From NCBI GenBank assembly GCA_029260755.1, contig JAJDCQ010000090.1:23588-87587 (forward strand): a stretch of DNA of 64,000 nt. Reading direction: 5' to 3'. The notes beneath the pieces were generated by a model. It saw only the letters and a program-made list of their open reading frames with translations, did not search any database and was not told the DNA's origin. Numbering within the stretch: the first letter of the stretch is position 1; each line of letters starts with the position of its first letter. The position numbers and the translations under genes were made by a program. Source of the stretch: Planctomycetota bacterium (lineage in GTDB: Bacteria; Planctomycetota; J058; JAJDCQ01). Shown one piece after another: positions 37,440-47,265 of this stretch.

Positions 37440-38171
37440 CTACCGGATCCCCTCATAGAGAGCCGACCCGACGCGCACGTCGGTCGCGCCCTCCGCGATC
37501 GCCACCTCGAAGTCGGCGCTCATCCCCATCGAAAGCCGCGCCAGCGGCGCCCGACCGCGGTCACCGCGCTCGGCGTTCACCCGCTCGGCGAGCTTCCGGA
37601 GCGTGATGAAGTGAGGCCGCGTCTCCTCGGGAGCACCCCGCGGCGGGATCACCATCAGGCCGACCGGGCGGAGCAGCCCCGCGTCCTCGTGGGCCTCGAG
37701 CGTGCGCAGCATCGCCGGGACCTCGTCGGGAGCGACGCCGTTCTTCTGCGCCTCGCCGCCGGTGTTGGTCTCGATGAAGACCTCGCGGCATCCCGGCGCA
37801 TCGGGCTCCTCGCCGGCGCGCTTCGCGAGGCGCTCGGCGAGCTCATCGCTGTCGAGCGAGTGGAGCACCGAGAAGAGCGACGCCGCCTTGCGCGCCTTGT
37901 TGCGCTGGAGATGCCCGATCATGTGGAACGTCGCGGCGGCGTTGAGCTCCGCCGGCAGCGCGGCCGCCTTGCGGAGGGCGTCGGGGACGCGATTCTCGCC
38001 TATGTCGAGCTGCCCCGCGGCGATGACGGCCGCCATCAGCTCGACGTCGACGTACTTCGTCACGGCGACCAGCCGGATGGCCTCGGCATCCCGTCCGGCG
38101 GCCTTCGCCGCGGCGGTGATCCGCTCCCGGACGGCGCCGAGGTTCTCGCGGACCCGGTCCTCGTTCGTCAC
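37440..38171 (-). CDS. yggS: YggS-family pyridoxal-phosphate homeostasis protein
   Basis: RLVAVTKYV (PLP lysine), IGHLQRNK, SMGMSADFE. Confidence 0.88.
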   Translation of the reverse strand: MTNEDRVRENLGAVRERITAAAKAAGRDAEAIRLVAVTKYVDVELMAAVIAAGQLDIGENRVPDALRKAAALPAELNAAATFHMIGHLQRNKARKAASLFSVLHSLDSDELAERLAKRAGEEPDAPGCREVFIETNTGGEAQKNGVAPDEVPAMLRTLEAHEDAGLLRPVGLMVIPPRGAPEETRPHFITLRKLAERVNAERGDRGRAPLARLSMGMSADFEVAIAEGATDVRVGSALYEGIR

Positions 38172-38177
38172 GGCAGG

Positions 38178-41100
38178 CTAATCGCGCTTCTGCCAGCGAC
38201 GCTGACCTCCGCCGCCTCCGCCGCGGCTGCCGCCGGTCTTGGCGAGCGCCTTGAACGTGACGCGGTCGGCCCCGATGAGCTGCTCGACCTCGTCCTTCAT
38301 CGGCGAGTCGGGCATGTTGCTCTGCTTGCTCACCCCGGCGGCCGGCGGGAGCGGTGAGAACGCCTTCACGCGCAGGTGGCTGCTCCGGCAGCGCTGCCGC
38401 GCCCCGTCGCGTCGCTCGAAGATGATCTCGACCGGGCTGTCGCCGCCGTGGCGGCTCAGGATCGTGCGGAGCTCGGACACGCTCTCCTCGGTGACCGACT
38501 CGACCGCGACGCGCAGCTTGACGCCGACCGGCAGGCGCCGCGGCGCCTCGTCGAACGTCATCACCTCGTCGACGACGATCGAGCAGCGCACCTGCTCGCC
38601 CTCGTCGCGGTCGCCGCGCTGGTCGAGCTTGCCGGTGATGAAGACCTTCGCCTCGGCCTGAAGGAGCTGCCGCGCGTCGGAGTAGGTCCTACTGAACACG
38701 ACCGCCTCGGTGCTCCCGTGGAGATCCTCGACGACGAGGCGCGCGAACGGGTTGCCGCGCTTGTCCATGGCGACCTTCACGCTCGAGAGGACGCCACCGA
38801 TCGTCACGATCTCGCCCGCCATCCGATCGACCAGGCGGCGGGTGCTGCACGTCGCGAACGTCATCAGCCACTGTCGCCAGGCGTCGAGCGGGTGACCCGA
38901 GACGTAGAAGCCGAGCGCCGCCTTCTCCCCGGCGAGCCGCTCGATCTCGGTGAGCTCGGGCACATCGGGGAGCGGCGCGTCGGCGTCGTCGGCGGCGCCG
39001 CCGCCCGCGCTGGGGCTTGGCCCTCCGCCGAACAGCAGCGTCTGGCCGCTCTTGCGATCCTCCTGGAGGCGCTTGCCCGTCGCGAGGGCGGAGTCGACGA
39101 CGGCCGCGAGCTGGGCGCGGTGGCCGCGCTCGGGCAGGGTCGAGTCGAAGGCGCCCGCCTTGATGAGCGCCTCGACCGCGCTCTTGTTGACCTGCGCCGC
39201 GTCGACGTCCTCGGCGAACTGCCAGAGCGAGCGGAAGCGGCCCTTCGGCGCGGGCCCCGTCGCCTCGTCGGCCTTCGCCTCGTCGTCGCCATCGCCGTCG
39301 GTCGCGGCCGGCTTGTCGCGGGCGGCCAGGATCGACTCGACCGCCTTGCTCCCGAGGCCCTTGATCGCGCCGAGGCCGAACCGGATCGCCCCGCCGGTCT
39401 CCTTGGTGTACTTGCGGACGACGCTGAAGCTCGCCTCGCTCTCGTTGACGTCGGGCGGCTTCACCTCGAGCCTCATCCGGTCGCACTCGGCGAGGTACTC
39501 GAGCAGCTTGTCGGTGTTGCTCGCCTCGGAGGTGAGGAGGGCGGCGATGAACTCGGAGGTGTAGTTCGCCTTGAGCCAGGCGGTCCAGTAGGTGACGAGC
39601 CCGTAGGCGGCGCTGTGCGACTTGTTGAACGCGTACGCCGCGAACTCCTCCATGATCGCCCAGATGTGCTCGGCCGTCGCCTTCTCGCAGTTCCGCTCGA
39701 CGGCGCCTTCGACGAACTTCGCCTTGTAGGCGACCATCGCCTCGAGCTTCTTCTTGCCCATCGCCTTCCGGAGGTTGTCGGCTTCGGGGAGGCTGAAGCC
39801 CGCCAGGCGCTGGGCGCAGCGCATGACCTGCTCCTGATAGACGAAGACTCCGAACGTCTCGGACAGGATCGTCTCGAGCTCGGGGTGGGGGTACTCGACC
39901 GTCTCGCGGCCGTGCTTTCGATTGATGAAGTTCGGGATGTAGGCCATCGGGCCGGGTCGGTAGAGGGCGAGGAGCGCGATGATGTCGGTGAAGCGGTCGG
40001 GCTTCATCTTCACCAGGACGTCGCGGAACCCGGCGCTGTCGAGCTGGAAGACGCCGAGCGTCTCGCCCTTCGCGAGGAGCTGGAACGTCTTCTGGACGCG
40101 CGGGTCGTCGTAGTCGTCGAGCTTGATGTCGTCGAGGGTGACCTTGTCGCCGCCGCGCTCGATCAGGCCGAGCGCGTCGTCGATGACGGTGAGCGTCCGC
40201 AGCCCGAGGAAGTCCATCTTGAGCAGGCCGATCGCCTCGACGTAGTTCATCGTGTACTGCGTCGAGATGTCGTTCGTGCTCGAGTGGCGGTAGAGCGGGA
40301 CCCGCTCGATCAGCGGCCGGTCGGCGATCACGATCCCGGCCGCGTGGGTGCTCGCGTTGCGGTAGAGGCCCTCGATCGTGAGCGCCTTCTCGACGAGCTC
40401 CTTGTTGCGCGGGTTCTTCTTGACCTCGTCCTGGAGCGCGGGCTGGCTCTGGAGGGCGTCGCGCAGGTTGACGCCCGGGCCGGCCGGGATCGCCTTGGCG
40501 ATCTTGTCGACCTCGTGGAGCGGCACCTCCATCACGCGACCGACGTCGCGGACGGCCGCCTTCGCCTTCATCTGGCCGAAGGTGATGATCTTGGCGACGC
40601 ACTCGTGGCCGTACTTCTCGCGGACGTAGTTGATCACGACCTCGCGACGACGCTCACAGAAGTCGATGTCGATGTCCGGCATGCTGACGCGGCCGGGGTT
40701 GAGGAAGCGCTCGAACAGGAGATCGAACGGGAGCGGGTCGAGGTCGGTGATCCCCATGCAGTAGGCGACGATCGATCCGGCGGCGCTCCCGCGGCCCGGC
40801 CCGATCGGGATCCCGCGCGCCTTGCCCCAGTTGATGAAGTCGGCCGTGACGAGGAAGTAGTTGACGAACGCGCCGTCCTTCATCGTCTTGATGACGTCGA
40901 TCTCGTACTCGAGGCGCTCGATCACCCCGTCGCCGGGCGTGTCGCCGTAGCGCCGCTTGCATCCCTCGCGGCAGAGGCGCTCGAAGTAGGTGACGTTGTC
41001 GCTCCCGTCGGGCGTGATGAAGTTCGGGAGGTAGAACGCGCTCTCGTTGCCCTCGAGCTCGGGGATCGACGGCTCGCAGCGGTCGGCGATGTCGCTGCTC

Positions 41101-41978
41101 GCACGGATCGCGTGGGGGAGGTCCTTGAACTCGCGGCAGACGTCGGCGCCGCTCTTGAAGTAGAACTCGTCGAGCTTGAACGCGAGGCGGTTCGGGTCGC
41201 TGAGCACCTTGCCGCTCGCGATCGCGATCTTGATCTCCTGCGCCTCGGCGTCCTTGCGCTCGAGGTAGTGACTGTCGCAGCTGGCGACGAGCGGGATGTC
41301 GAGGTCCTTCGACATCCGGATCTCGCCGTCGTTGACGATCGCCTGCTCCTCGAGGCTGTTCGGCTGCACCTCGAGGTAGAAGCGGTCGCCGAAGACGTCC
41401 TTGTACCAGCTGGCGATCGCGCGGGCGTCGTCGTCCTTGCGGTGGATGAGCTTCTGGCTGACCGGCCCCTTGAGGCACCCCGAGAGGCAGATGATCCCCT
41501 CGTTCCACTCGGCGAGGATCTCCTTGTCGATCCGGGGGCGGTAGTAGAACCCCTCGGTGTGCGACAGGCTCGAGAGCCGCGAGAGGTTCTTGTAGCCGGT
41601 CGGGTTCTGGGCGATCAGGGTGAGGTGGTTGTAGCCCGGCTTCCGCTCGTTGTACCGCCCGTCGATCGTGATGTAGGCCTCCATCCCGACGAGCGGCTTG
41701 ATGCCGTTCTTCTGGCAGGCGGTGTAGAACTCGATCGCCCCGCACATGTTGCCGTGGTCGGTCAGGGCGAGCGCCTTCATCCCGAACCTGGCGGCCTGCT
41801 CGACGAGGGCGGAGACCTTCACCGCTCCGTCGAGGAGGCTGTAGTCCGAGTGGACGTGGAGGTGGACGTAGTCCTTCGCCAGCTGGCTCGAGTCCAAGGC
41901 GCGCTCCTTCGGTGGGCCGGGGTCGCCGCCGAAGCTAGACCCCACGGAGGCGATTGTCAAGAATTGACACGCCTCCAA
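38178..41978 (-). CDS. dnaE: DNA polymerase III subunit alpha
   Basis: PHP domain HLHVHSDYSLLDG near the N-terminus. Polymerase core and OB-fold blocks run through the ORF. The true start is probably an alternative TTG/CTG near 41907, immediately before DYVHLHVHSDYS. Confidence 0.9.
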   Translation of the reverse strand: MEACQFLTIASVGSSFGGDPGPPKERALDSSQLAKDYVHLHVHSDYSLLDGAVKVSALVEQAARFGMKALALTDHGNMCGAIEFYTACQKNGIKPLVGMEAYITIDGRYNERKPGYNHLTLIAQNPTGYKNLSRLSSLSHTEGFYYRPRIDKEILAEWNEGIICLSGCLKGPVSQKLIHRKDDDARAIASWYKDVFGDRFYLEVQPNSLEEQAIVNDGEIRMSKDLDIPLVASCDSHYLERKDAEAQEIKIAIASGKVLSDPNRLAFKLDEFYFKSGADVCREFKDLPHAIRASSDIADRCEPSIPELEGNESAFYLPNFITPDGSDNVTYFERLCREGCKRRYGDTPGDGVIERLEYEIDVIKTMKDGAFVNYFLVTADFINWGKARGIPIGPGRGSAAGSIVAYCMGITDLDPLPFDLLFERFLNPGRVSMPDIDIDFCERRREVVINYVREKYGHECVAKIITFGQMKAKAAVRDVGRVMEVPLHEVDKIAKAIPAGPGVNLRDALQSQPALQDEVKKNPRNKELVEKALTIEGLYRNASTHAAGIVIADRPLIERVPLYRHSSTNDISTQYTMNYVEAIGLLKMDFLGLRTLTVIDDALGLIERGGDKVTLDDIKLDDYDDPRVQKTFQLLAKGETLGVFQLDSAGFRDVLVKMKPDRFTDIIALLALYRPGPMAYIPNFINRKHGRETVEYPHPELETILSETFGVFVYQEQVMRCAQRLAGFSLPEADNLRKAMGKKKLEAMVAYKAKFVEGAVERNCEKATAEHIWAIMEEFAAYAFNKSHSAAYGLVTYWTAWLKANYTSEFIAALLTSEASNTDKLLEYLAECDRMRLEVKPPDVNESEASFSVVRKYTKETGGAIRFGLGAIKGLGSKAVESILAARDKPAATDGDGDDEAKADEATGPAPKGRFRSLWQFAEDVDAAQVNKSAVEALIKAGAFDSTLPERGHRAQLAAVVDSALATGKRLQEDRKSGQTLLFGGGPSPSAGGGAADDADAPLPDVPELTEIERLAGEKAALGFYVSGHPLDAWRQWLMTFATCSTRRLVDRMAGEIVTIGGVLSSVKVAMDKRGNPFARLVVEDLHGSTEAVVFSRTYSDARQLLQAEAKVFITGKLDQRGDRDEGEQVRCSIVVDEVMTFDEAPRRLPVGVKLRVAVESVTEESVSELRTILSRHGGDSPVEIIFERRDGARQRCRSSHLRVKAFSPLPPAAGVSKQSNMPDSPMKDEVEQLIGADRVTFKALAKTGGSRGGGGGGQRRWQKRD

Positions 41979-42228
41979 TCGGAACGCCCTTTCTTTTGAC
42001 TGCAGAAGATCTTACGGTCGTCGCCACGTTGCACTTTCGACGGTGTGTCCGCGACCGTCACGATCGAAGAAAACCCGAACGCCCGGCCGGCGAGGCAACC
42101 GGCGGTCTCGTCCGTCATCTCTGCCGGGGGCGATCGTTCCGGGTCGGTTCGGGCTTGCAGGCGCGTTCGACCGCGATACCATCGGGCCCCTTCCGACGTC
42201 CCCCAGCTCGGTGAGAGAACCTCTCGGC

Positions 42229-43233
42229 GTGAACCTACGATCCATCGACGTCTCCGCGCGGGCGGCCTCCGCGACCGCGGCGCTCCTCGTCGTCCTCGCC
42301 GCGCCCGGCATCGCGCGCGCGCAGGCGACGCCGCCCGACTACGTCGACCGGATCGTGGCCGTGGTCAACGACGAGGTGATCACCTCGTTCGAGCTCGAGA
42401 AGGTCTGTGAGCTCCGACGCGAGTTCCGGCAGCTCAAGCAGCAGAACCCGACCGACCCCCAGCTCGATCTGATCCGCCTCCGGAGCCTCAAGCTGCTCGT
42501 CGACGAGAGGCTGCTGACCCAGCTCGTCGTCGAGGAGAAGATCGAGTGGACCGACGCCGACGACGAGCAGCTCGAGCAGGCGCTCCTCAAGGAGGCGAAG
42601 CCGCACGGGAGCATCGAGGCGCTCGACGCCGCCCTTCGCAAGCTCGACATCGACCCCGAGTTCCTCCGCGAGCGGCTCAAGACCGAGATCACCCTTTCCA
42701 AGCTGTTCCTGCGCAAGATCCGCGCGGACATCTTCATCCGCCCCGAGGACATGCGGAAGTACTACGAGGAGAACCCAGGCGAGTTCTTCCGGGCCGCGCG
42801 CGTGGTCGTGCGGCAGCTCTATCTCTCGAAGGGAAACAACCCGGCCGACGCGCGCCTCCGGATCGAGCAGGCGCGGTCGCGGATCGTCGCGGGCGAGGAC
42901 TTCGAGGAGGTCGCCCGCGAGATCTCCGAGGGGCCGAAGCGCGACGACGGCGGCCTCTGGCCGTTCGAGGGGACCCATCGCGTCGAGATGATCCCGCCGA
43001 TCGGCGAGATCGCCAACGGCCTCCCCGTCGGCGAGCTCTCCGAGGTGATCGACACGCGCCGCGGCTGGGCCGTCATCCGGGTCGAGGAGCGCCAGCGCCG
43101 CGAGGTGAAGACGTTCGAGCAGGTGCAGGACGAGATCCAGAGCACGCTCCAGCGTCGTGAGTGGGACCGCCGGCTCGACAAGTGGATGAGCGAGCTCCGC
43201 CGCCGGGCGTTCATCCGCGAGTTCCTGAAGTAG
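42229..43233 (+). CDS. SurA-like periplasmic peptidyl-prolyl isomerase (parvulin type)
   Basis: Signal peptide. SurA N-terminal chaperone-like region (RIVAVVNDEVITSFEL). PpiC/parvulin domain (ARVVVRQLYL...GEDFEEVAREISEG...GGLWPF). Confidence 0.7.
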   Translation: MNLRSIDVSARAASATAALLVVLAAPGIARAQATPPDYVDRIVAVVNDEVITSFELEKVCELRREFRQLKQQNPTDPQLDLIRLRSLKLLVDERLLTQLVVEEKIEWTDADDEQLEQALLKEAKPHGSIEALDAALRKLDIDPEFLRERLKTEITLSKLFLRKIRADIFIRPEDMRKYYEENPGEFFRAARVVVRQLYLSKGNNPADARLRIEQARSRIVAGEDFEEVAREISEGPKRDDGGLWPFEGTHRVEMIPPIGEIANGLPVGELSEVIDTRRGWAVIRVEERQRREVKTFEQVQDEIQSTLQRREWDRRLDKWMSELRRRAFIREFLK

Positions 43234-43244
43234 ACCGACCCAAT

Positions 43245-43338
43245 CTCACGCAAAGGCGGAAAGAAGCAAAGGAGCCCCGCCGGATCCCCATCTCGGCTCG
43301 GAGCAACGCCCCTTTGCGTCTTTGCGCCTTTGCGTGAG
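43245..43338. repeat. family-A palindromic element, copy 4
   Basis: CTCACGCAAAGGCGGAAAGAAGCAAAGGAGCCCCGCC ... CCCCTTTGCGTCTTTGCGCCTTTGCGTGAG. Confidence 0.75.
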
Positions 43339-43486
43339 CTTCGTTCGCCTGCGGCAACCCAAGCCCGCCTCCTCCCCCATCGTGCGTTCATTTACGCAAT
43401 CGTGACGGAACCTCCCGTGCCTTCGCGGGTTGGATGATCGCCGAGGGGTAGGTCTGCCTTGAAGTTGTGTCAGCCTTTTGTCATTT

Positions 43487-43537
43487 CCGCAAATTCTTGC
43501 GGGTCGACTTGACACTTTCGAAGGGCCCCGCTATTCT
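43487..43537 (+). promoter_or_regulatory. palindromic operator-like site plus sigma70-type promoter upstream of paralog 1
   Basis: CCGCAA-ATTC-TTGCGG (43487-43502), then TTGACA (43509-14), a 17-nt spacer, TATTCT (43532-37). Strong RBS AGGAGGAA before the ATG at 43572. Confidence 0.5.
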
Positions 43538-43571
43538 GCTTCTCGGTTGGACTCCAAGGAGGAACGTCCCC

Positions 43572-45152
43572 ATGTCTGAATATGACGACGACTATTACGA
43601 AGACGAGTACGACGACGACGCCGAAGGCGAAGGCGACGAGTTCGGCGAGGAGGAGGGCGAGTTCCAGGAAGTGAACATGAGGCAGCGCCTGATTGCCATC
43701 ATGTCCACCTCCTACGGAATCTCGATCGTCCTCCACATCATCCTGATCCTCATCCTCGCGGGTATCTACTTCTACGCACCGCTCCCCCAGAAGGAAGCGG
43801 TCGTGATCGCGAAGCGCGAGGTCAAGCAGCAGGAGTACGACGAAGAGCTCAAGCGCGACATGGTCAAGACGCCTAAGATCAAGGCGGACAAGATCGTCGA
43901 GAAGCCCATCATCATCCTCGAGGAGGAGGTGGAGATCACGAAGGACATTCCGAAGGGAACGGACATGTCCAACCTCTCCAACAAGAACCTCGACAGCACG
44001 AGCGTCGTCGATGCCTACGGCGTCGGCGGTGGCGCGGCGGGCGCTTACGGTCAGCGCTGGGGTAAGGGCAGCCTCTCGCGCGAGGGTGGCAGCGAAGGCA
44101 CCGAGAGCGCGGTCCAGGCGGCGCTGCGGTGGCTCAAGCGTCACCAGAGTGGCGACGGCCGCTGGGACACCGACGGCTGGCACAACAACTGCAAGAAGAA
44201 CACCTGCCGCCCCGAGTTCAGCTACAACGGCGCGGTCTGGGACAAGGGTGACGGTCGCTACGACGAGGGCGTCAGCGCGCTCGCGCTGCTCGCGTTCCTC
44301 GGCAACGGCCAGACCCACCGCTTCGGCCAGTTCAAGAAGACCGTCCACCGCGGCCTGACCTGGCTCAAGGGTCGGCAGAAGGAAGACGGCTCGATCGGCT
44401 TCACCGAAGGCGAGTCCATCTACAACCACGCGATCGCCACGATGGCCATGTGCGAGGCCTACGCGGTGAGCCGTGACTTCACCCTCAAGAAGTACGCCCA
44501 GAAGGCGGTCGACTTCGTCACCGTGGCCCAGAACCCGGGCCAGGGTTGGAAGTACGGCGTCAAGCCGGGCAAGAACGACACCTCGGTGACGGGCTGGATG
44601 GTTCTCGCGCTCAAGGCCGCGAAGACCGGTAAGCTCAACGCGCCGAGCGAAGCGTTCGACGGCGCCCGCAACTGGTTCGACCGCGCCACCTCGACGCAGG
44701 GCGCGAGCGGCTACCAGACGCCGGGCGGCGGCTCGTCCTACATCCCCGCCCAGAAGGGCAAGTTCGACCAGACCCCGTGCATGACGGGCGTCGCGCTGAT
44801 CTGCCGGATCTTCACCGGTCAGCGCAAGCAGGAGGATGTGATCAAGAAGGGTCAGAAGATCCTGATGGACAACATCCCGACCTGGCCGAGCAAGCAGGAT
44901 ACGCGCAAGGTCAACTTCTACTACTGGTACTACGGCACCTACTCCATGTTCCAGGTCGGCGGCTCGGACTGGAAGAAGTGGAACGATGCCATGCAGGGCG
45001 CGGTCCTCGACAAGCAGCGCATGGGCGGCGACGAGGACGGCTCCTGGGATCCGGTCGGCGAGTGGTGCATCGCCGGCGGCCGCGTCTACGCGACCGCCCT
45101 GAACGCCCTCACCCTCGAGATCTACTACCGCTACGAGCGCGCGCAGAAGTAA
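43572..45152 (+). CDS. membrane-anchored prenyltransferase/squalene-oxidase-repeat (alpha/alpha-toroid) protein, paralog 1
   Basis: Acidic N-terminus (DDDYYEDEYDDD). TM helix IAIMSTSYGISIVLHIILILILAG. C-terminal QW-type repeats LRWLKRHQSGDGRW, LTWLKGRQKEDGS, AQNPGQGWKYG, NFYYWYYGTY. Confidence 0.7.
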   Translation: MSEYDDDYYEDEYDDDAEGEGDEFGEEEGEFQEVNMRQRLIAIMSTSYGISIVLHIILILILAGIYFYAPLPQKEAVVIAKREVKQQEYDEELKRDMVKTPKIKADKIVEKPIIILEEEVEITKDIPKGTDMSNLSNKNLDSTSVVDAYGVGGGAAGAYGQRWGKGSLSREGGSEGTESAVQAALRWLKRHQSGDGRWDTDGWHNNCKKNTCRPEFSYNGAVWDKGDGRYDEGVSALALLAFLGNGQTHRFGQFKKTVHRGLTWLKGRQKEDGSIGFTEGESIYNHAIATMAMCEAYAVSRDFTLKKYAQKAVDFVTVAQNPGQGWKYGVKPGKNDTSVTGWMVLALKAAKTGKLNAPSEAFDGARNWFDRATSTQGASGYQTPGGGSSYIPAQKGKFDQTPCMTGVALICRIFTGQRKQEDVIKKGQKILMDNIPTWPSKQDTRKVNFYYWYYGTYSMFQVGGSDWKKWNDAMQGAVLDKQRMGGDEDGSWDPVGEWCIAGGRVYATALNALTLEIYYRYERAQK

Positions 45153-45216
45153 CCGCGTAGCACCCGGCGGCTCCCTTCCTACGGGACTCGCCAAAGGGAA
45201 CGGGACATTCCTCCAG

Positions 45217-45249
45217 CGGGGCGCCCAGGGACGGGCGCCCCGCTTTCAT
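45217..45249 (+). terminator. rho-independent terminator after paralog 1
   Basis: GGGGCGCCC-agggac-GGGCGCCCC followed by GCTTTCATT. Confidence 0.55.
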
Positions 45250-45541
45250 TGGCCAAGATGGGGGGGCGGACGGAGATGGGCCGGGACGATGGGAGCCGCG
45301 GACTTCCGGGCGAGACGATTGCCGACGGGCGATGCCGTCCGGTCTGCGGCCTGCTTCGGAGGTCGCGGGCGGGACAAGCCGTCGCCTCCCGATCGGAGCC
45401 GCGCTGGCTACCCCGTGAGGTCCGAACGGGAAACCGCGGCTCGTCCCGCCCGCGAGCTCCGAAGCGGGCCGCCCACCCGCGAGTCCCGCCCGTCGGCAGC
45501 GCCCTCGCCCGGAAGTCCCTCGCTCACATCTAATGCTGAAA

Positions 45542-45557
45542 TCGCAATTTCTTGCGA
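45542..45557 (+). promoter_or_regulatory. palindromic operator-like site upstream of paralog 2
   Basis: TCGCAA-TTTC-TTGCGA. Same half-site and spacer geometry as the site at 43487, and a similar distance (about 60-85 nt) from the start codon. Confidence 0.45.
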
Positions 45558-45614
45558 ATTACGGTGAACTCCGGGGCCTCCTCCTGTGTTGAATCTGGCA
45601 AGGAGGCACCGATC

Positions 45615-47243
45615 ATGAAGACCCGCCAGCAGTTCACGACCACCCCCCGCGGCCGCCATCGGGACGTGGAGCCCGATTCCGACCCTTACACCGACGACTT
45701 CGACCAGGACGAGCACGACGACCTCGATGACGACGAGCTCGACGAGGATCTCGCGGAGCTCGGCGACCGCCGCAACCGGCTCGTCGCCATCCTCTCGACG
45801 TCCTACGGGGCCTCGATCGGGCTCCACATCGTCCTGCTCCTGATCCTCGCCGGGATCTGGTTCGCCGTCCCGACGCCGACCCGCGCCGAGATCATCCTCC
45901 ACGCTCAGTCGCGCGAGGAGGCGCCGGTCGACCCGCTCGCGCCGCTCGAGATGGAGAAGAAGCTCGACATCCCGCTCCCCGAGATCGAGGACCCCGTCAT
46001 CCCCATCGAGGAGCCGACGATCGAGCCGCCCAAGGGCGAGCCCGAGCAGGTGACCAACAAGGAGCAGAAGAGCTACTCCTTCGTCGACGCGATCGGCGCC
46101 GGCGCCGGCGGCACGGGCGCCTACGGCTCGCGCTTCGGCACCGGCCGCGGCGGTAACAAGGGCGGCGGCAAGAAGGCGGAGATCCTCAAGGATGCGGCGC
46201 TCGAGTGGCTCGCGCGCCACCAGTCCGCCGACGGGAGCTGGGACTCCAACGGCTGGCAGAGCCACTGCCGCGACGCGAAGAACCCGTGCCACGCCCAGGT
46301 CGGCGACCTCAAGGAGCAGGGCGAGCCCCCCTACGACGTCGGGATCACCGGCCTGGCGACCCTCGCCTTCCTCGGCGACGGCAACACCGCCCGCCACGGC
46401 AAGTGGAAGGTCGTGGTGAAGCGCGCGCTCGACTGGCTGAAGGCGCAGCAGCGTCCCGACGGCTCGATCGGCTTCTTCCCGCACCAGGGCCACACGATCT
46501 ACAACCACGCCCTGGCGACCATGGCGCTCTGCGAGTCGCACGCCATGAGCAAGGATCTGCGCTACGCCAAGGCGGCGAAGGCGGCGGTCGACTTCTGCCT
46601 GATCGCGCAGAACCCGGGCCAGGGCTGGCGCTACGGGATCAAGCCGGGCCAGAACGACACCTCGGTCACCGGCTGGATGGTGCTCGCCCTCAAGGCGGCC
46701 CGCACCGCCGAGTTCCCGGTCCCCGACGAGGCCTTCCAGGGCGCCCGCAACTGGTTCGACCGGGCCACCTCGACGGCCGGCGACACCGGCTACATCACCC
46801 CCGGCGGCGGGTCGTCCTACATGCCCGAGAACCGAGGACGCTTCGAGCAGGTGCCCTGCATGACCGCGGTGGCGGTGATCTGCCGGATCTTCACCGGCCA
46901 GCGCCTCCGCGAGGAGCAGATCGTGCGCGGTCAGGAGATCCTCATGAAGTCGCTCCCGCGGTGGTCGGAAACCAACCACCGCGACGTCAACTTCTACTAC
47001 TGGTACTACGGCACCTACGCCATGTTCCAGATCGGCGGACGCGACTGGAAGACGTGGAACGAGGCGATGCTCGGCGCGCTCGTCCCGAACGCCCGCACCG
47101 GCGACACCTGCGAGCGCGGCTCGTGGGACCCGGTCGGCGAGTGGTGCCGCGCCGGCGGCCGCGTCTACGCGACCGCGATCAACGCGCTGACCCTCGAGAC
47201 CTACTACCGCTACGAGCGGATGCACAAGAAGGGCAGCAAGTAG
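45615..47243 (+). CDS. membrane-anchored prenyltransferase/squalene-oxidase-repeat protein, paralog 2
   Basis: Same architecture as paralog 1: acidic N-terminus, TM LVAILSTSYGASIGLHIVLLLILAG, then LEWLARHQSADGSW, LDWLKAQQRPDGS, AQNPGQGWRYG, NFYYWYYGTY. RBS AAGGAGG. Confidence 0.7.
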   Translation: MKTRQQFTTTPRGRHRDVEPDSDPYTDDFDQDEHDDLDDDELDEDLAELGDRRNRLVAILSTSYGASIGLHIVLLLILAGIWFAVPTPTRAEIILHAQSREEAPVDPLAPLEMEKKLDIPLPEIEDPVIPIEEPTIEPPKGEPEQVTNKEQKSYSFVDAIGAGAGGTGAYGSRFGTGRGGNKGGGKKAEILKDAALEWLARHQSADGSWDSNGWQSHCRDAKNPCHAQVGDLKEQGEPPYDVGITGLATLAFLGDGNTARHGKWKVVVKRALDWLKAQQRPDGSIGFFPHQGHTIYNHALATMALCESHAMSKDLRYAKAAKAAVDFCLIAQNPGQGWRYGIKPGQNDTSVTGWMVLALKAARTAEFPVPDEAFQGARNWFDRATSTAGDTGYITPGGGSSYMPENRGRFEQVPCMTAVAVICRIFTGQRLREEQIVRGQEILMKSLPRWSETNHRDVNFYYWYYGTYAMFQIGGRDWKTWNEAMLGALVPNARTGDTCERGSWDPVGEWCRAGGRVYATAINALTLETYYRYERMHKKGSK

Positions 47244-47265
47244 GTCGCCGACCGACGATCCGAAC

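Noticed and set aside
38376-41999. 1207-aa plus-strand ORF opposite dnaE, and several 300-640-aa minus ORFs in other frames
   Set aside because: The dnaE frame has PHP and polymerase motifs throughout. The others are GC-driven open frames.
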